Made by a program: the position numbers and the translations under genes. Source: Sporopachydermia quercuum (lineage: Eukaryota). Taken from it: a stretch of DNA of 64,000 nucleotides. This document shows positions 1-12,422 of this stretch, in pieces (the stretch's first letter is position 1; each line of letters starts with the position of its first letter). The notes under the pieces are model-generated. The model did no database searches and was not told the DNA's origin. It saw only the letters and a list, made by a program, of their open reading frames with translations. The DNA is taken from the NCBI GenBank assembly GCA_001599295.1, contig BCGN01000001.1, positions 2,170,001-2,234,000 on the forward strand, in the 5' to 3' direction.

Positions 1-349
1 CTCAGCTAGATCTTTGCACTTCTCTTGTTGATTGGCACCATGATGTTTGAAGCATTTGCCTAAAGCTCTTCTACAAGTTTTCAATGCTTGGATTCTGATG
101 AATTGTTCTCTTAATAAAGCCTGCTGAGCTTTTCGTACCTGTGCAGGATCCTCGTAGTCGATTTCAGTGAATGACACAAGGTCAGATGCTTTGGTTTCGG
201 CAGCTATAAAATGAATGTTAGCACTGGAGAACATATCGACACTACATTCACAGATATTCATATAATATCAGGCTTGAGGATCAAAATCAACTATTGGTCT
301 ATTTTTATACCCCAACTACTAATGGCCAAGCTCAGTAATACTTACCCAT
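1..349 (-). CDS. NIDM: Complex I accessory subunit NDUFB10/PDSW (NIDM, 12 kDa); 3' end lies beyond the window start
   Basis: Exon 1 ATG-G 349-346; intron 345-204 (GTAAGT...TGCTAAC...TAG); exon 2 from 203. Gives MAAETKASDLVSFTEIDYEDPAQVRKAQQALLREQFIRIQALKTCRRALGKCFKHHGANQQEKCKDLAE, with the REQ(W/F)IR motif and C-x11-C pair typical of fungal NDUFB10. Not in the ORF track. Confidence 0.85.
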
Positions 350-987
350 GGTTGTTATGGATATCAAACGAAATGTAGTGCAGTCAAAGAGATGCTTGTG
401 TTGATAGCACGTTGATATGTCCCGGTTTTGTTTATAATGGTGGTCAATGCTGGTAGTGAAATGATAACATTGTTTGTGATAATTAAACTATTAACTTCTG
501 TGATAGTATACTGTGGTTTGGTTAGTTATGGTGGAAATTTTATTGGTTAAGCGAAGAGGATGAACACCCGAACATCGTAGAAACTTCGAATGCAGATACT
601 GCATACTTATGCATGAAAGTGAGTCAAAGCTTGTTTGAAAATATGCATACTGCGTCAAGTAGGAGATCATTGCTAAGCTAAAGGTAGTTCACTGATTCTA
701 TTTGTAAATTACAACTAAATGACAGTATAGGTACGAAAATCAAGAGGTAGATGGTTTCTTGGTCTATAGAATTGAGTAATAGTAAAAAATATGGCGATAC
801 ATTAGAAAAAACCTGCATCTATCTGTAAGTTATCCATAATTACACATAACTGTTTAACCTTATTTGTAAAGGTTGAACATAAACTTACTGGTGTATGAAG
901 AAGTGCTATTCATCAGTATGATAAGCAAAAGCATACTAAGTCAAAGCATTCACCATGTTATTTCCAAGTAATAGAAGAATTTTTCAA

Positions 988-2052
988 TCACCATCGAACC
1001 GTAACCGCATGACTTCCCAACAATTGACTGATCTGCTTGCTATCTATGTAGTCCTCCTTCCTTACGGTTTCGGCTAGAATTAACTTTATGTCTTTCTCAA
1101 TGGTATCCTTCTCTTCATCACTTCTGTTTGTTATGTAGCTTCTTGATTGCCAGTAAGGATAAACCCTATCGTAATTCATTGCATCTCTTCTTACTGAAAA
1201 TACCTCCTTCACTTTACCACCACTGGCATCAAGTACACCTCTCCATTTGGCATCTCTATATTGTGGAACCCCTCTATCTAATTGATAAGCATACTTCGTA
1301 ACATCTCTACACCAAGGAACCAATTCAAACATTTCTTTGATAGTCAAGTATGGCAATCGACCTAATTGAGCAGTCAACTCATGGTTACTATTCACATTCT
1401 CAATCACATCATCAGTTAGATTATTGATTTGTGTACCAACTATCTTTTCAAATTCTCGCGACAGTATGTCGGATCCTTGTTTGTCCAATTGCAAAACAAC
1501 ATCAACAAAATAATCACTTTCAAACTCCCTGTCGCTGAGTTTCTTCAGCTTGAGTTCTTTTCTCAGTTGCGAGCCACTAACATAATCAAAATTCCATATA
1601 AAACCTATAGTGCCATTGGGTTTCAACACTTTCTTCATTTCTTCGATCGATTTCGCTTCAGCAAACCAATGAAATGCTTGTGCTATCACAATAGCATCAA
1701 ATAATCCTAAGTTCATACTTGACAGTTTATCACAGGATCCCAGTATAGCCGGGATTTCTGGAAATCGCTTTTGAAAAGATTCTATCATTCCTCCTGATGG
1801 ATCGACCACAGTTATGTTTTTCAACCCTCGAGAAGCAAGTACCTTAGTAAATTTACCAGTTCCAGAACCTATTTCCAGTACTCTTGATTCAACTCCTATG
1901 TTCAATTGATTGAAAAATGTTTCAATCAAAGGACCTGAAAACTCAGGTCTGACTTGATCATATAAATTATGGTTCTCATTGAATGCTGATACAGCATAGG
2001 ACGTGTTGAACCGTTTTGTCGGCCGTAAAGTTCTTGCGATTTGCTTCCACAT
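988..2052 (-). CDS. Class I SAM-dependent methyltransferase (Methyltransf_11/25-like), possible mitochondrial presequence
   Basis: Motif I VLEIGSGTGKFT, VVDPS, FDAIVIAQAFHWF, LKPNGTIGFIWN; Arg-rich N-terminus with no acidic residues. Confidence 0.85.
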   Translation of the reverse strand: MWKQIARTLRPTKRFNTSYAVSAFNENHNLYDQVRPEFSGPLIETFFNQLNIGVESRVLEIGSGTGKFTKVLASRGLKNITVVDPSGGMIESFQKRFPEIPAILGSCDKLSSMNLGLFDAIVIAQAFHWFAEAKSIEEMKKVLKPNGTIGFIWNFDYVSGSQLRKELKLKKLSDREFESDYFVDVVLQLDKQGSDILSREFEKIVGTQINNLTDDVIENVNSNHELTAQLGRLPYLTIKEMFELVPWCRDVTKYAYQLDRGVPQYRDAKWRGVLDASGGKVKEVFSVRRDAMNYDRVYPYWQSRSYITNRSDEEKDTIEKDIKLILAETVRKEDYIDSKQISQLLGSHAVTVRW

Positions 2053-2221
2053 GTTGCTACAAATGGGTTAGTCCATTGGCTGATATCACTGCAATTGATT
2101 CCCTTATTGGTAAGCTGTTAGATCGAATCAATGTGTCATAATACCACCCGGAGTTGATGTTTTGCGGGGAAGTTCATGATAGGATGTTTATGAGCTTAGA
2201 GAAATAATTAGATATATTTAT

Positions 2222-2252
2222 ATCACGTGAACATAATAACACTTGTCACGTG
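2222..2252. promoter_or_regulatory. Two CACGTG E-boxes (Cbf1/bHLH type) in the methyltransferase/CWH43 divergent promoter
   Basis: ATCACGTGA at about 2222-2230 and GTCACGTG at about 2245-2252. Confidence 0.4.
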
Positions 2253-2939
2253 GCTTGCTGATTTATGGAAGCATCAAGAGAGTATTCCCAACCACCGTAA
2301 ACAGGAGATTCATATATGAGCAATTTATAACGTACTTCTAACAAGTAGAAATTATTCTCTATGTTACTTGTCATCTTTTAGATGTCTCTCAGGTTCAATT
2401 CCTCATGCATCACATTTAGTCTCATCAACACAACTGCCACGGAAGAAGATGTGATGTTATCACTAATAAAAGGATTATTAATCGAGAAAAGCGAAGACCC
2501 ACTACTAGATATCGAAGTCAACCAACCAAACCGTCTACATGATCCTTCGGTTCTTCAAACAAAACAAATACCAACATGATCCAACGTGAAGAATACTTCT
2601 AATGTATTCTTATAAACTATAGTGTCTCATGATCATCGCACAATTGCTTACAACGCTTAAGCATCGCCCCGCGGTCGCAATCAATTAATGATTACGTAAA
2701 CATTTATGGTATGGTGTAACCGAAACCCTGTTTTGAAGAATCTTCAATTGTTCTAGGTTACATAAATCAACCAGAAGCCACAACCTCTTCAAAGATACAA
2801 AACATTTTGTCTTAGCGATATCAACAACTTGTCATCTATTCACATATAGATGTATATACTTACGCATATGATGCAGTCAGTCAAAAGTTCGCACCAGTAA
2901 CTGGGACTTTAACGTAACATACATAAACTTGCTTTAGCT

Positions 2940-5933
2940 ATGGCTGAAAGTAAGACGAAACAACTTGTGAGCTTTAACGGCAGGTGGATATCTTATGCCC
3001 ACTCATTGTTTGCATCTTTAGCATTTGCAGCAGCATTCGTTGTAGGATGCCAGCTGCATTATCATAAAATTGTAAAAAATGAACATTATGGTTATCCTGA
3101 TGAATGGTTCCCAAGTGTCTCTGCCACTATCGGTGATCGGTACCCTGAACGATCTGTGTTTCAGATCTTCATTGCCTTGACATCAGGTCCAAGATTCATG
3201 CTATTGCTATTAGTATACATTCTGTTATCTCCTGAAGATTCATTGGTGAAAACAAGCAAACCGATTGCAAAATTCGGTAAACCTGAAGCAATGCTTTTGG
3301 TAGGTATCGCTAGAACTTTCACTTGTGGAGGTTGGGTCTACATTACATCTACTGATGACCACAATGCCCACGATGTGTTCATGATTGCATATATTATTCT
3401 TACCCTTCCATGGGATCTATTTGTTATTCAGTTATCTGAAAAAAATAGCAAACAAAGAAAATTACGTCTTTGGGCTTGTGGTTTATTTTTCTTCACATTG
3501 GTACCTTTAATCTATTTCTTCATTAAACATAAAGTACATAAAGTACCTGGTGCCTATACCACCTATGCTTTCTTTGAATGGAGTTTGATTATTCTCGACA
3601 TCACTTTTGATTCATTTACTAGATACGAGTTCAGTGAAGTAAATATTGTTATTAATGATACTAATGGAATAGCTGTGAAATCACTTGCTGGAACAGCAGA
3701 TGATGGTCATAATGAAACATTAGACAAAGAAAAAGATAAGTATGCTACAAAAGACAAGAAAGAAAAATTCAAAGCTCTGAAGGAATTTACCAAATCTACA
3801 TTTTTCCGTCTTTTGCTATCTATTTTGGCTTATTTCAATTTCTGGACTGTAATGACAGCGGTGCCTCTATTGGTATGGTTTTTCCCTTTATGGAACATGG
3901 GAATTAGTGGATTTGAGGCAGTGATCGTTCTCTATTCATTACCTTTTGCTCTTGCGGTTCCTTTTGTTCTGCGATACTTTCACTCACATATCTCTGTTGC
4001 ATTTATGTTGATGATTTTGCTTGGTATTGGCAGCCATTATATTGCTGACCCAGAATATAGATTACTGGCAACAGGTATCGGATCAGGTTTTGGTTGTCTT
4101 GCATTTGCCTTAGATATGTGGAACTCTCACACGAACCCAACTGTTTTAGTTCTAAATGCAAGTGCATTTTCTCTAGGCTTGACCTTTACTTCGATTGCCA
4201 AGTATGCTGATTGGACAAATAATCCTCTTTGGCCCATTATGAATGAAGACAATGGTGGCTGCCATAGTGTATATTTGCTATTTGCTATGTGTGGATTACT
4301 ATCCTTGAAACAACGACCCCAGCAGAAGCCTAATGAAGTTGGACAGAACAACAATATTGGATCTTCTTTTTTGCCTGCATGTGGATTAGGTGGTTTAATA
4401 TACGGTTTCCACTCTTTGCTATCTGATTCAACGACTATCATTCTATGGGTTTGGGAAGGATTTCCAATCAAAGGACCAATTGCAGTTCCCCATGGTGCAA
4501 TCACTATAACTGTTATGTGTAGTGCCGTTTACTTTGGTGCATTACGACCTGAATTTATGGCACGTTGGTCTACTTTTGCTGCCGCTGCTGTTGGCGCCAT
4601 CATCCTCTATTGCTTTGCTGGATGGACAGGCTACATTGGTGGGTTGGTTTTTGCATTCTATCTAATCGGTATCTGTCCGGTAATCCTCCAAGTTGTATCC
4701 AAATATCCCCCAGCATCTGTGTTTGGAGGTGCATTTGTTGTTGTTATTCTCATGACGTTAGCTCATGTATGGGTTGTAGCTTATGCTTTTGTTCCTGCTG
4801 GTTGGATCTTACGTGAACGTTCAGATATCTTACTTATTCTCACATTAGGGTTAATAGCTGGTGGTATTTGGAAGTATCACACATTAGGCTTGAGCCACAC
4901 AACTTATGACAGTAGCACGAGCTTACTAATACATCAAATACGTATTGTAGGTGTTATTGGTGCTGCTCTGGCTGCCTTCATTGCATTTTTGCGATTCCCT
5001 ACTCAAGATCCAGTTCCATATCATGCAGATGCTAAAGTATTCACTGCTGGTATCTGGACTATCCATTTTGGTCTTGATAATGATATGTGGGCATCTGAAG
5101 TTCGTATGAGAGATCTTATTGAGGATTTAGAACTAGACGTAATTGGTTTATTAGAATCAGATACCCAAAGAATGATTATGGGTAATAGAGATTTGACCCA
5201 ACGAATTGCCGAGGAATTAGGAATGTATGCTGATTTCGGCCCAGGTCCAAATAAACACACATGGGGAGCTGCATTATTATCCAAATTCCCTATTATCAAC
5301 TCCACCCATCATTTGCTTCCTTCTCCTGTCGGAGAACTTGCCCCTGCTATTCACGCTACACTCGATATCTATGGAGAGGCTGTTGATGTTGTTGTTTTCC
5401 ATTCTGGCCAAGAAGAAGACGTTGAAGATAGAAGATTACAAAGTTTAGGAGTTGCGGATATAATGGCTAGTTCTGATCGACCAATGGTTCTATTAAGTTA
5501 CTTGGTAACTAAACCGTTGAAGGGTAATTACAACACATATGTAAGTGAATACACCGGTATGAAAGACATTGATGCGTCTGATTGGGATAGGTGGTGCGAA
5601 TACATATTATACAAAAATATGAAAAGGGTTGGCTATGCTAGAATTAGTAGAGGAAGCATCACTGATACTGAAGTTCAAGCTGGTAAATTCATTGTTTCAA
5701 AGGATGTTTCAAATGTTGATGAAGCTGTGGGTGAAGCTATTGAAGGAGTGGAAGGCTATAGGGTGGAGGAAACATCGGTTAAACCTGAATATCGATTCCC
5801 TAAGCTTTTCACTGGTAATGGTGTTCGTGGTCATAAATTCCATGTGTTCAAAGAGCCTAGATATTTTGCTTATGAAGAAAACGAAGACGAAGGAGAAGAA
5901 GAAGTAATAGCCGAAACAGAGGAAGAGAAATAA
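2940..5933 (+). CDS. CWH43: GPI lipid-remodelling protein Cwh43 (Frag1/DRAM/PGAP2 N-terminus plus EEP-fold C-terminus)
   Basis: 997 aa multi-TM protein; YGYPDEWFPSVSATIGDRYPERS, TIHFGLDNDMWASE, GPGPNKHTWGAALLSKFPI, DWDRWCEYI. Confidence 0.97.
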   Translation: MAESKTKQLVSFNGRWISYAHSLFASLAFAAAFVVGCQLHYHKIVKNEHYGYPDEWFPSVSATIGDRYPERSVFQIFIALTSGPRFMLLLLVYILLSPEDSLVKTSKPIAKFGKPEAMLLVGIARTFTCGGWVYITSTDDHNAHDVFMIAYIILTLPWDLFVIQLSEKNSKQRKLRLWACGLFFFTLVPLIYFFIKHKVHKVPGAYTTYAFFEWSLIILDITFDSFTRYEFSEVNIVINDTNGIAVKSLAGTADDGHNETLDKEKDKYATKDKKEKFKALKEFTKSTFFRLLLSILAYFNFWTVMTAVPLLVWFFPLWNMGISGFEAVIVLYSLPFALAVPFVLRYFHSHISVAFMLMILLGIGSHYIADPEYRLLATGIGSGFGCLAFALDMWNSHTNPTVLVLNASAFSLGLTFTSIAKYADWTNNPLWPIMNEDNGGCHSVYLLFAMCGLLSLKQRPQQKPNEVGQNNNIGSSFLPACGLGGLIYGFHSLLSDSTTIILWVWEGFPIKGPIAVPHGAITITVMCSAVYFGALRPEFMARWSTFAAAAVGAIILYCFAGWTGYIGGLVFAFYLIGICPVILQVVSKYPPASVFGGAFVVVILMTLAHVWVVAYAFVPAGWILRERSDILLILTLGLIAGGIWKYHTLGLSHTTYDSSTSLLIHQIRIVGVIGAALAAFIAFLRFPTQDPVPYHADAKVFTAGIWTIHFGLDNDMWASEVRMRDLIEDLELDVIGLLESDTQRMIMGNRDLTQRIAEELGMYADFGPGPNKHTWGAALLSKFPIINSTHHLLPSPVGELAPAIHATLDIYGEAVDVVVFHSGQEEDVEDRRLQSLGVADIMASSDRPMVLLSYLVTKPLKGNYNTYVSEYTGMKDIDASDWDRWCEYILYKNMKRVGYARISRGSITDTEVQAGKFIVSKDVSNVDEAVGEAIEGVEGYRVEETSVKPEYRFPKLFTGNGVRGHKFHVFKEPRYFAYEENEDEGEEEVIAETEEEK

Positions 5934-8900
5934 TAAATATTTAGTTGTTGCTATTTTTTGGCTTTTTTTTGGTTTCTACTTATTTTGTTTTGATATTTTT
6001 ACTTCATTTATTTATCACCTTATATATTTAATTTAATTTTATGTTATTTTATGTTTCCTTTTTCTTTCTACTAGACGTAGACGTGCAGTGCAAATCTATA
6101 ATATCGACAGTCTTGGAGAGTTAAAACTCTATCTTGGAAACGTGTAATTATGAACATACGTTGTTGTTAGTATTTTTGTCTATTATCCTGAATACAACTA
6201 CTTTTATGAATAATGGTATATCACCCATGCATTCTTATATTTTATACGTACCTAACTTTATTCTTATAGCGTGTTCAGAATGTATTACTCTGAATAGTGA
6301 GGATACTGATATTTATTTCTTTCCACATATTGATAGCACTGGTCACCACCATTAAGTCTGTAGTGCGTTTTGCTGTCTATATCTTCACTTGTTAATGTGA
6401 TTTCTATTCATAATCATTGTCATCATTTATTGGTCGATTAATTGCAATTCCCATAGCCATTGAAACATGGGGTGACAAATAAAGAACAACTACAATTGTC
6501 AATGTGAGTAGTATAAACAATGAAAATAGAAAATAAGCGTCTCTGGTAGTAAATGATCATTACTATTTAGTGTTAATGATTAGATCACCCACAATTTGTT
6601 TTCATTTGTTGGTTGTAATAGGGATCAGTTTCCAATGGGTTTCCATGGCCTCCTACCTGTTATTTCAATGTGATATTATATTTCAGTTCAGCATCTGACT
6701 GTCATTTGGTTGGAAGCTTAAATTATTTTCAACCACCCCTCAGACAATTATTTAGGCTCAGAATAACGGTCATGAAAGGTGCTCTTGAATATTTTATCAA
6801 ATATAAAGTTAGCAAACGAAAAGAAACTGAAACAGTAGATGAACCCTTTGAGTCATGAGATGAAAACTGTCCATCTCTTCTTGATATATGTTTCATTGGG
6901 AGTTATGACAGTATACCTTTGACAGACTATTGTAAGCCAGTTACAGCCATCTGAGACTGGCTCGGCTATTTCTACATCCGAAAGAAGACAGTCTGATCTC
7001 CTTTGAATAACTTTTGAGGAAACATGAAATAAGCAGACTTGAAACACGAAAATGTGAAACATGACAATGAAAATACAGTTTAACTAGTTTTCAGATGCTC
7101 TTTGTAGTTATAAGCATACTATATTATTAGCGTCTTTCTATTGAGGCTATTTGACTAGCAGATGTGTTTGTATTCTTATTTTCCATATGCACAATTTAAG
7201 AGCCAGTTCATCAGATGCAAGGCAGCATATGAATGAAATGTACGAATAGACGGAAAATGTAAGCAAAAGTTGGAACAAATGAAGACAATTTTTACCAAGA
7301 GTCACGTAAAAATTATAAACCTGCGTTGCATGAGATTAAAGATAAAGAAATGTATTAATTAAGAAGATTCATTAGGGATGGAGAGGATTGGTTAACTGTA
7401 AGTTTTCTTGCTCTATTTGCGTATAAAGAATGGATTCCATGAAAACATTTGATTGACGGCTTCGGAAATCAAAAGATTAATAATCTGCTTTGAACAATTT
7501 TGCTACAAAAAATAAAAAAGAGAATTATGTACACAGTAATCCATATTTGGTAAAACATTTGAGCACAGTGATTGTATAGAAGCTGTGCGACATACAATTA
7601 GTTGAAGATTCTTAATAACTGGAAATCGCTGAGCCAAGAAAATCAACGAAATGGAATAATATCCAGAATGGCAAATATTATAAAAACTAGCAACTTCAGN
7701 TTTTCACATAACTTTCTGAACTAGAAAACTTCGATATATACAAGGAAATCATCTTATTCTCATCTTTCATCAAATTGATGCTGGAGCTAAGAGTTCCCCG
7801 GCATTAAGTTCGTATAGTACTAAAGTTGAGACTAACTTACCTTTAGTTGAACTAGTTGTGATCGAGTTAAGATTCATTACCCGTTTAGGATCTCATGCGG
7901 AATTGCATTCCTGGGACAATGCAACGAAAGAATTTAGAGGAGTACCAGTTCAATGGAAGGAACTATTTTTGATGAAATTGTTCCATATCGGAATTAACTT
8001 GTGATAAACAGATGATTGCTAATGAACTAAACCTTAATTGATTTCAGTAACTGACAAAGAAGAGGATATAGCAATACCAATTATAGACTTAAGTTTCAGT
8101 GTAGAAAGGACAACAGGATGACAGACGCAAATACGAAGGAAGGAATAGTAATTCTTTCTATTTGAAATATTTTTCCAGTCTCTAGTTCAAACATTCGAGA
8201 ATTAATTGCTAACTAATATTTTGGTAGGCTGGATAATTGTCGGATTTCTAAATATCTGGTCGGGAATTTATTTAAGTTAAGCAAGATGCTGCAAGTTATT
8301 TGAATTAATTGAGTTGAACTTAAATCAAAAGCTGCACATTGTAACTTTAACCTTGCTCAAGATTCTATTCAGAAGGTAAAATCTACCAGAAGGTATTAAA
8401 GAAGATTTTGGATTTCCTTGTCACCGGATTGAATACCTAGAAATGAAGGAGACTGGGTATTTTTAAATATATAGGTAGTCAAAATATTTCCCAAAATATC
8501 TGAAGATTGAACTTAGAAAGAAAGCTGTAACCCTAATTGAAATTTAAGTAAATCGCAGATACACTCAGAACTCCTATTAGATCCAAGTCAAGTCTCTCAN
8601 GATANCCATTCGTACTGTGTATTATGCTGCCTATGATCATTAATAAGACATTAGCTGAGGTGAGAAAAAAGATTTCAAATGCTANAGCAGAATCTCAAAA
8701 AGCCTTTGAGTCATGTAAGGTCAGCTTATCCTTAAGAGAAAATAAGTTGAATGGCTGAAGATTATGAAAGCAGTAAACAACAGAATAATTTATTTGCTAT
8801 TCNTTCGAAATTGAACTAAAAAGGTTGCTATATTCGCTCTTTCTGAGATTTCTTGAAAATCAGTTAGAACGCTACCANTAAAAGAGCTAGACGCTAGACA

Positions 8901-11900
8901 CACCTGTCTTCGTTTCGTTCCAGCCGTTCTAAGATTCACAGCTAAGAGAAGTACCAACTAATAAGGTCTACAGGCCCATATANGGCTAAAGAAAATGGAT
9001 TGACGTCCTTAAAATCAAGCTCGTGAGAGCAACCTCAAGTTAATTGGTTGAAGGTTTGTAGGCTCTTTCATTTCAAATGATCATAACTCATTATACTTAT
9101 TAACACATGATCTCTTTCTTTATCCACCATCAAGCTAGTTATTTTATATTCTGATCTTCAACTTGTGAGAGATAAGAACTTTGTTTCGCCTTTACTTGAA
9201 TAAAGCATTGACGGAATGGATCGTTACTCGCATCCATCTTCTCAGATTTGCTCAGTATCTAAGTACCTGCTGTGTGTTCTTTCAAGAACTTCCTGAATAG
9301 TTATCCCTGTATTCAAGTATCGAGTCCCCATTACATCACCCTTCAGATTGAAAATCTTGACGAACTTTGAGTTGATACATATGCAACAGAAATGTCAGTT
9401 AAGTCTTTCTATATATCACCATATTGAGTATGCCCTGAGTCTCAAGAATAAATGTCTCTTACCTCTGGCCACCCAATAATACTAAACTCCATAGCCTTTA
9501 AGTTTCACTTCTAAACTTTATCTCAAAGCCCACCAAACTTAGATCCACTCATTACGTAGCTGAGCAAACAGCTAAAAACCTTACTTTCTTGAGAATCGTC
9601 GTTGTTGGCAAAGAAGAGAATATTGGAAGAATGAATATTAGTTTTCGATAGGGTTAAAATTATGATAGAATTTTAAGTTATATTATCAGTATTATTAGTT
9701 TTTTATTAACTATGGTGTAACTTTTTATCGATTTTGTCTTTTTTGATTTACTGAAATACTGTCTCAGATCAATAACTACCAGCAATTAAAGGGAGTCTCA
9801 ATGTTCAAATAGTCTTTTTCATATTGAAGACCCATAAACGTATCTCAATTTTTGGTCAAAAGAAGAAATAAANGAAATTATTGAGGAGTAATCATTCAAA
9901 GATAAAACAACAATTGATCAGAAAGTAAGTATCTCAATGAAATTACTGCTGGCGGGAAATCAAAATCTGGTTCAGAAACTTAATATCGATCGTTATTCAT
10001 TCTTCTCTCTCATTATCAGGATACATAGGGAAATAGGGGAATCCCTCAATGTGTGAGCTAAGTAGCTAATTAGCTAACAAATTATATCCGATTGGAATTC
10101 TCAAAATGGAATAACAAATAATTGACTAAACTCAACTAAAAAAGTGCTTAAGAAGTTAATGACTGGATTATTAGTTGAACGGCTGGATTATCTTAAGTCT
10201 TAACTTGGATGAGAGTATACTTTAAGCAAAGTTTGACATCTCAGGTGGAGTAGTGTACGGACTATTTTTAGTTGTACAATTTGTAATTTTGAACTTTATT
10301 TATTCGTAGAAATTATCTTTTCCTTACTCAACTCATTTCCGAGGAAAGAAACAGAAGGATAATTTGTTGTAACTGACGGAGTTAAAGTTATATGATAATA
10401 GTGATTTCACACTTACTTGATAGAGAGTTCTTCATTTTAGAGTGTTTAAGATCACTTGTAATGTTATCATACTGACATGACATAACACTATGTGTGTTCC
10501 TACTGCTATTACGAAACGTGGGGGAGATTGAAGAGCTATACATTCAGGAACTCATCATTCTAAACAAATTCGATACAATATGCCGAGGATATTCTTCGTT
10601 TCAATGAAATCAAAAACAATAAAGATTTCCAGAGTTGGAATTTATTTTATGACATCAATAGAGCCGTTGATCAGCAAGAGGAAACTATGACAATATATGA
10701 TGATGAAGGTGAATGAAACCCAATAGCACACCACTTGAATTGCAGTGTAAATCCAAACTTCCTAACATGGCTATCGTCAGAAAATTCAAGCGCACGTAAT
10801 GGTTAGCATATTTCTATTATAATTATAACATTTCAGTGTGTGCCATAAACCCAGATCTAATAACTCAAAACGTTTCTACTAGATGTTCTATAGTTTCAGT
10901 TTAGAATCTAATGAAACTTTCTTCTCATTGTTATTTCAAAGTGGAGGATTGTTAGGGATATTTATTATCTACAGTGATCAATGAAAATAGCAAAAGGCTT
11001 ATTGATGAGATGTGATCAGCGAAACCTCAATCATGCATTATTATTGTTATGAATCATCTATTTTTACAGCCAAGCATACATTCACGTAGGATTACTANTA
11101 TTGCAATCGAATGCCAAAGCAATGTACTGTCATCTGAATGTGATCATAGTTGACCATTTTTGTAGTTGTGATTCAACTGATGCTTCAACAGGGCTCACTG
11201 CAAATTCAACTAGCTCACCATGCTTACCTTCTTGTCATCTAGAATTGAAACAGGGCCAATAATGTAGATACTTCACGTTCTGGTCGCAATGCCTATTGGA
11301 TCAATAAACTAATTTCCACCGTCTATAAACTCTTTTGCGAGAAGTAAAGAGATTATTGAAATATCTTCACATGATGATGTATCTAAATAGAAAGAATTTC
11401 TATCAAGTAACTCAACTATATTTCGGTCTGCTTTTAACTTTGAACGAAGGAATAGTAAATTTCAATTCCCAATATGGTTCCCATTTCTTCGCTCACAAAG
11501 CCAATGATCAAAAAAAANAAATAGTCTCCTTCAGTTAGAGCTTCAGTCGTAAGGTAATTTCTGAGGTATAAGAATAAAACATCCACTATCAGTTTCAGTG
11601 TCTCAGGTTGTTTATCCGAAAGTCAACTTTGATATCCAAGCCTTGACGTTCTTACTTTGCAGCGCTTATGAAAAATAGGAAAGCCAAAGGGTGGGTACGA
11701 GGAGATGTGATGATAGAGCATAAAGAACAGGAAAGCATAAGTATATTGAACAATGAATAACAGTAATTGATTTCTACACATAATATAAATTATACTGAAT
11801 ACGGGCAAAGATAAGAAACTGAATGAAGTACTGTCTCGGCCTGCCTTCAGATATGGTACTTGTGTTACTCTGGCCGTTGTACACTTTGTCTTCATTCTCA

Positions 11901-12422
11901 CTGAGAGAATGTGATGGTCTCTAGTCAGGGACGCAAGTCAACATTCCATAAGGTTTGCACTTTAATTTTGGCTCTTAGTTTGGTTTAAAGTTTAGACTGT
12001 ATTCAACACCTTATTTTTTTTTATCCAGATCCAATAACTTTATTCTAAACTTTAAAGTTTGAATACCTAAGAGATTCTAGAACAGCCTCCAATACTACTT
12101 ACGACTTTTATTAATTGATCGTTCTTTTTTTAAATTGAACGGACCCTGAACCTTCATTTCCCATGCTATAAGAAAGTTCATCCTAGCTTTTGAGTTAACT
12201 GTTATATATAAAATGAAGTACAATTCCACTTCCATTGGACACAACATTCTTTCTTCAATTTTCTCTGTTACTTNCTTCAAAATTTCGGTGGTTTCTCTAT
12301 AAACTATCAATTATCTATAACTGCCAACGCTATTACTACTAAAAATAACCTACTCAGATTTGGAGATATACTTCTAAGCAACAAAGAAAAAAGTCACCGC
12401 ATACACTGACTCATATTTCAGT

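Noticed and set aside
958..990. Stop-codon readthrough producing a cryptic PTS1 on the methyltransferase
   Set aside because: The context is TGA-TTG rather than TGA-CTA, and the extension (LKNSSITWK) has no PTS1.
2222..2340. CDEI-like element suggesting a point centromere
   Set aside because: No very AT-rich CDEII or CDEIII follows; point centromeres are not expected in a complex I-retaining yeast; it reads better as a promoter E-box.
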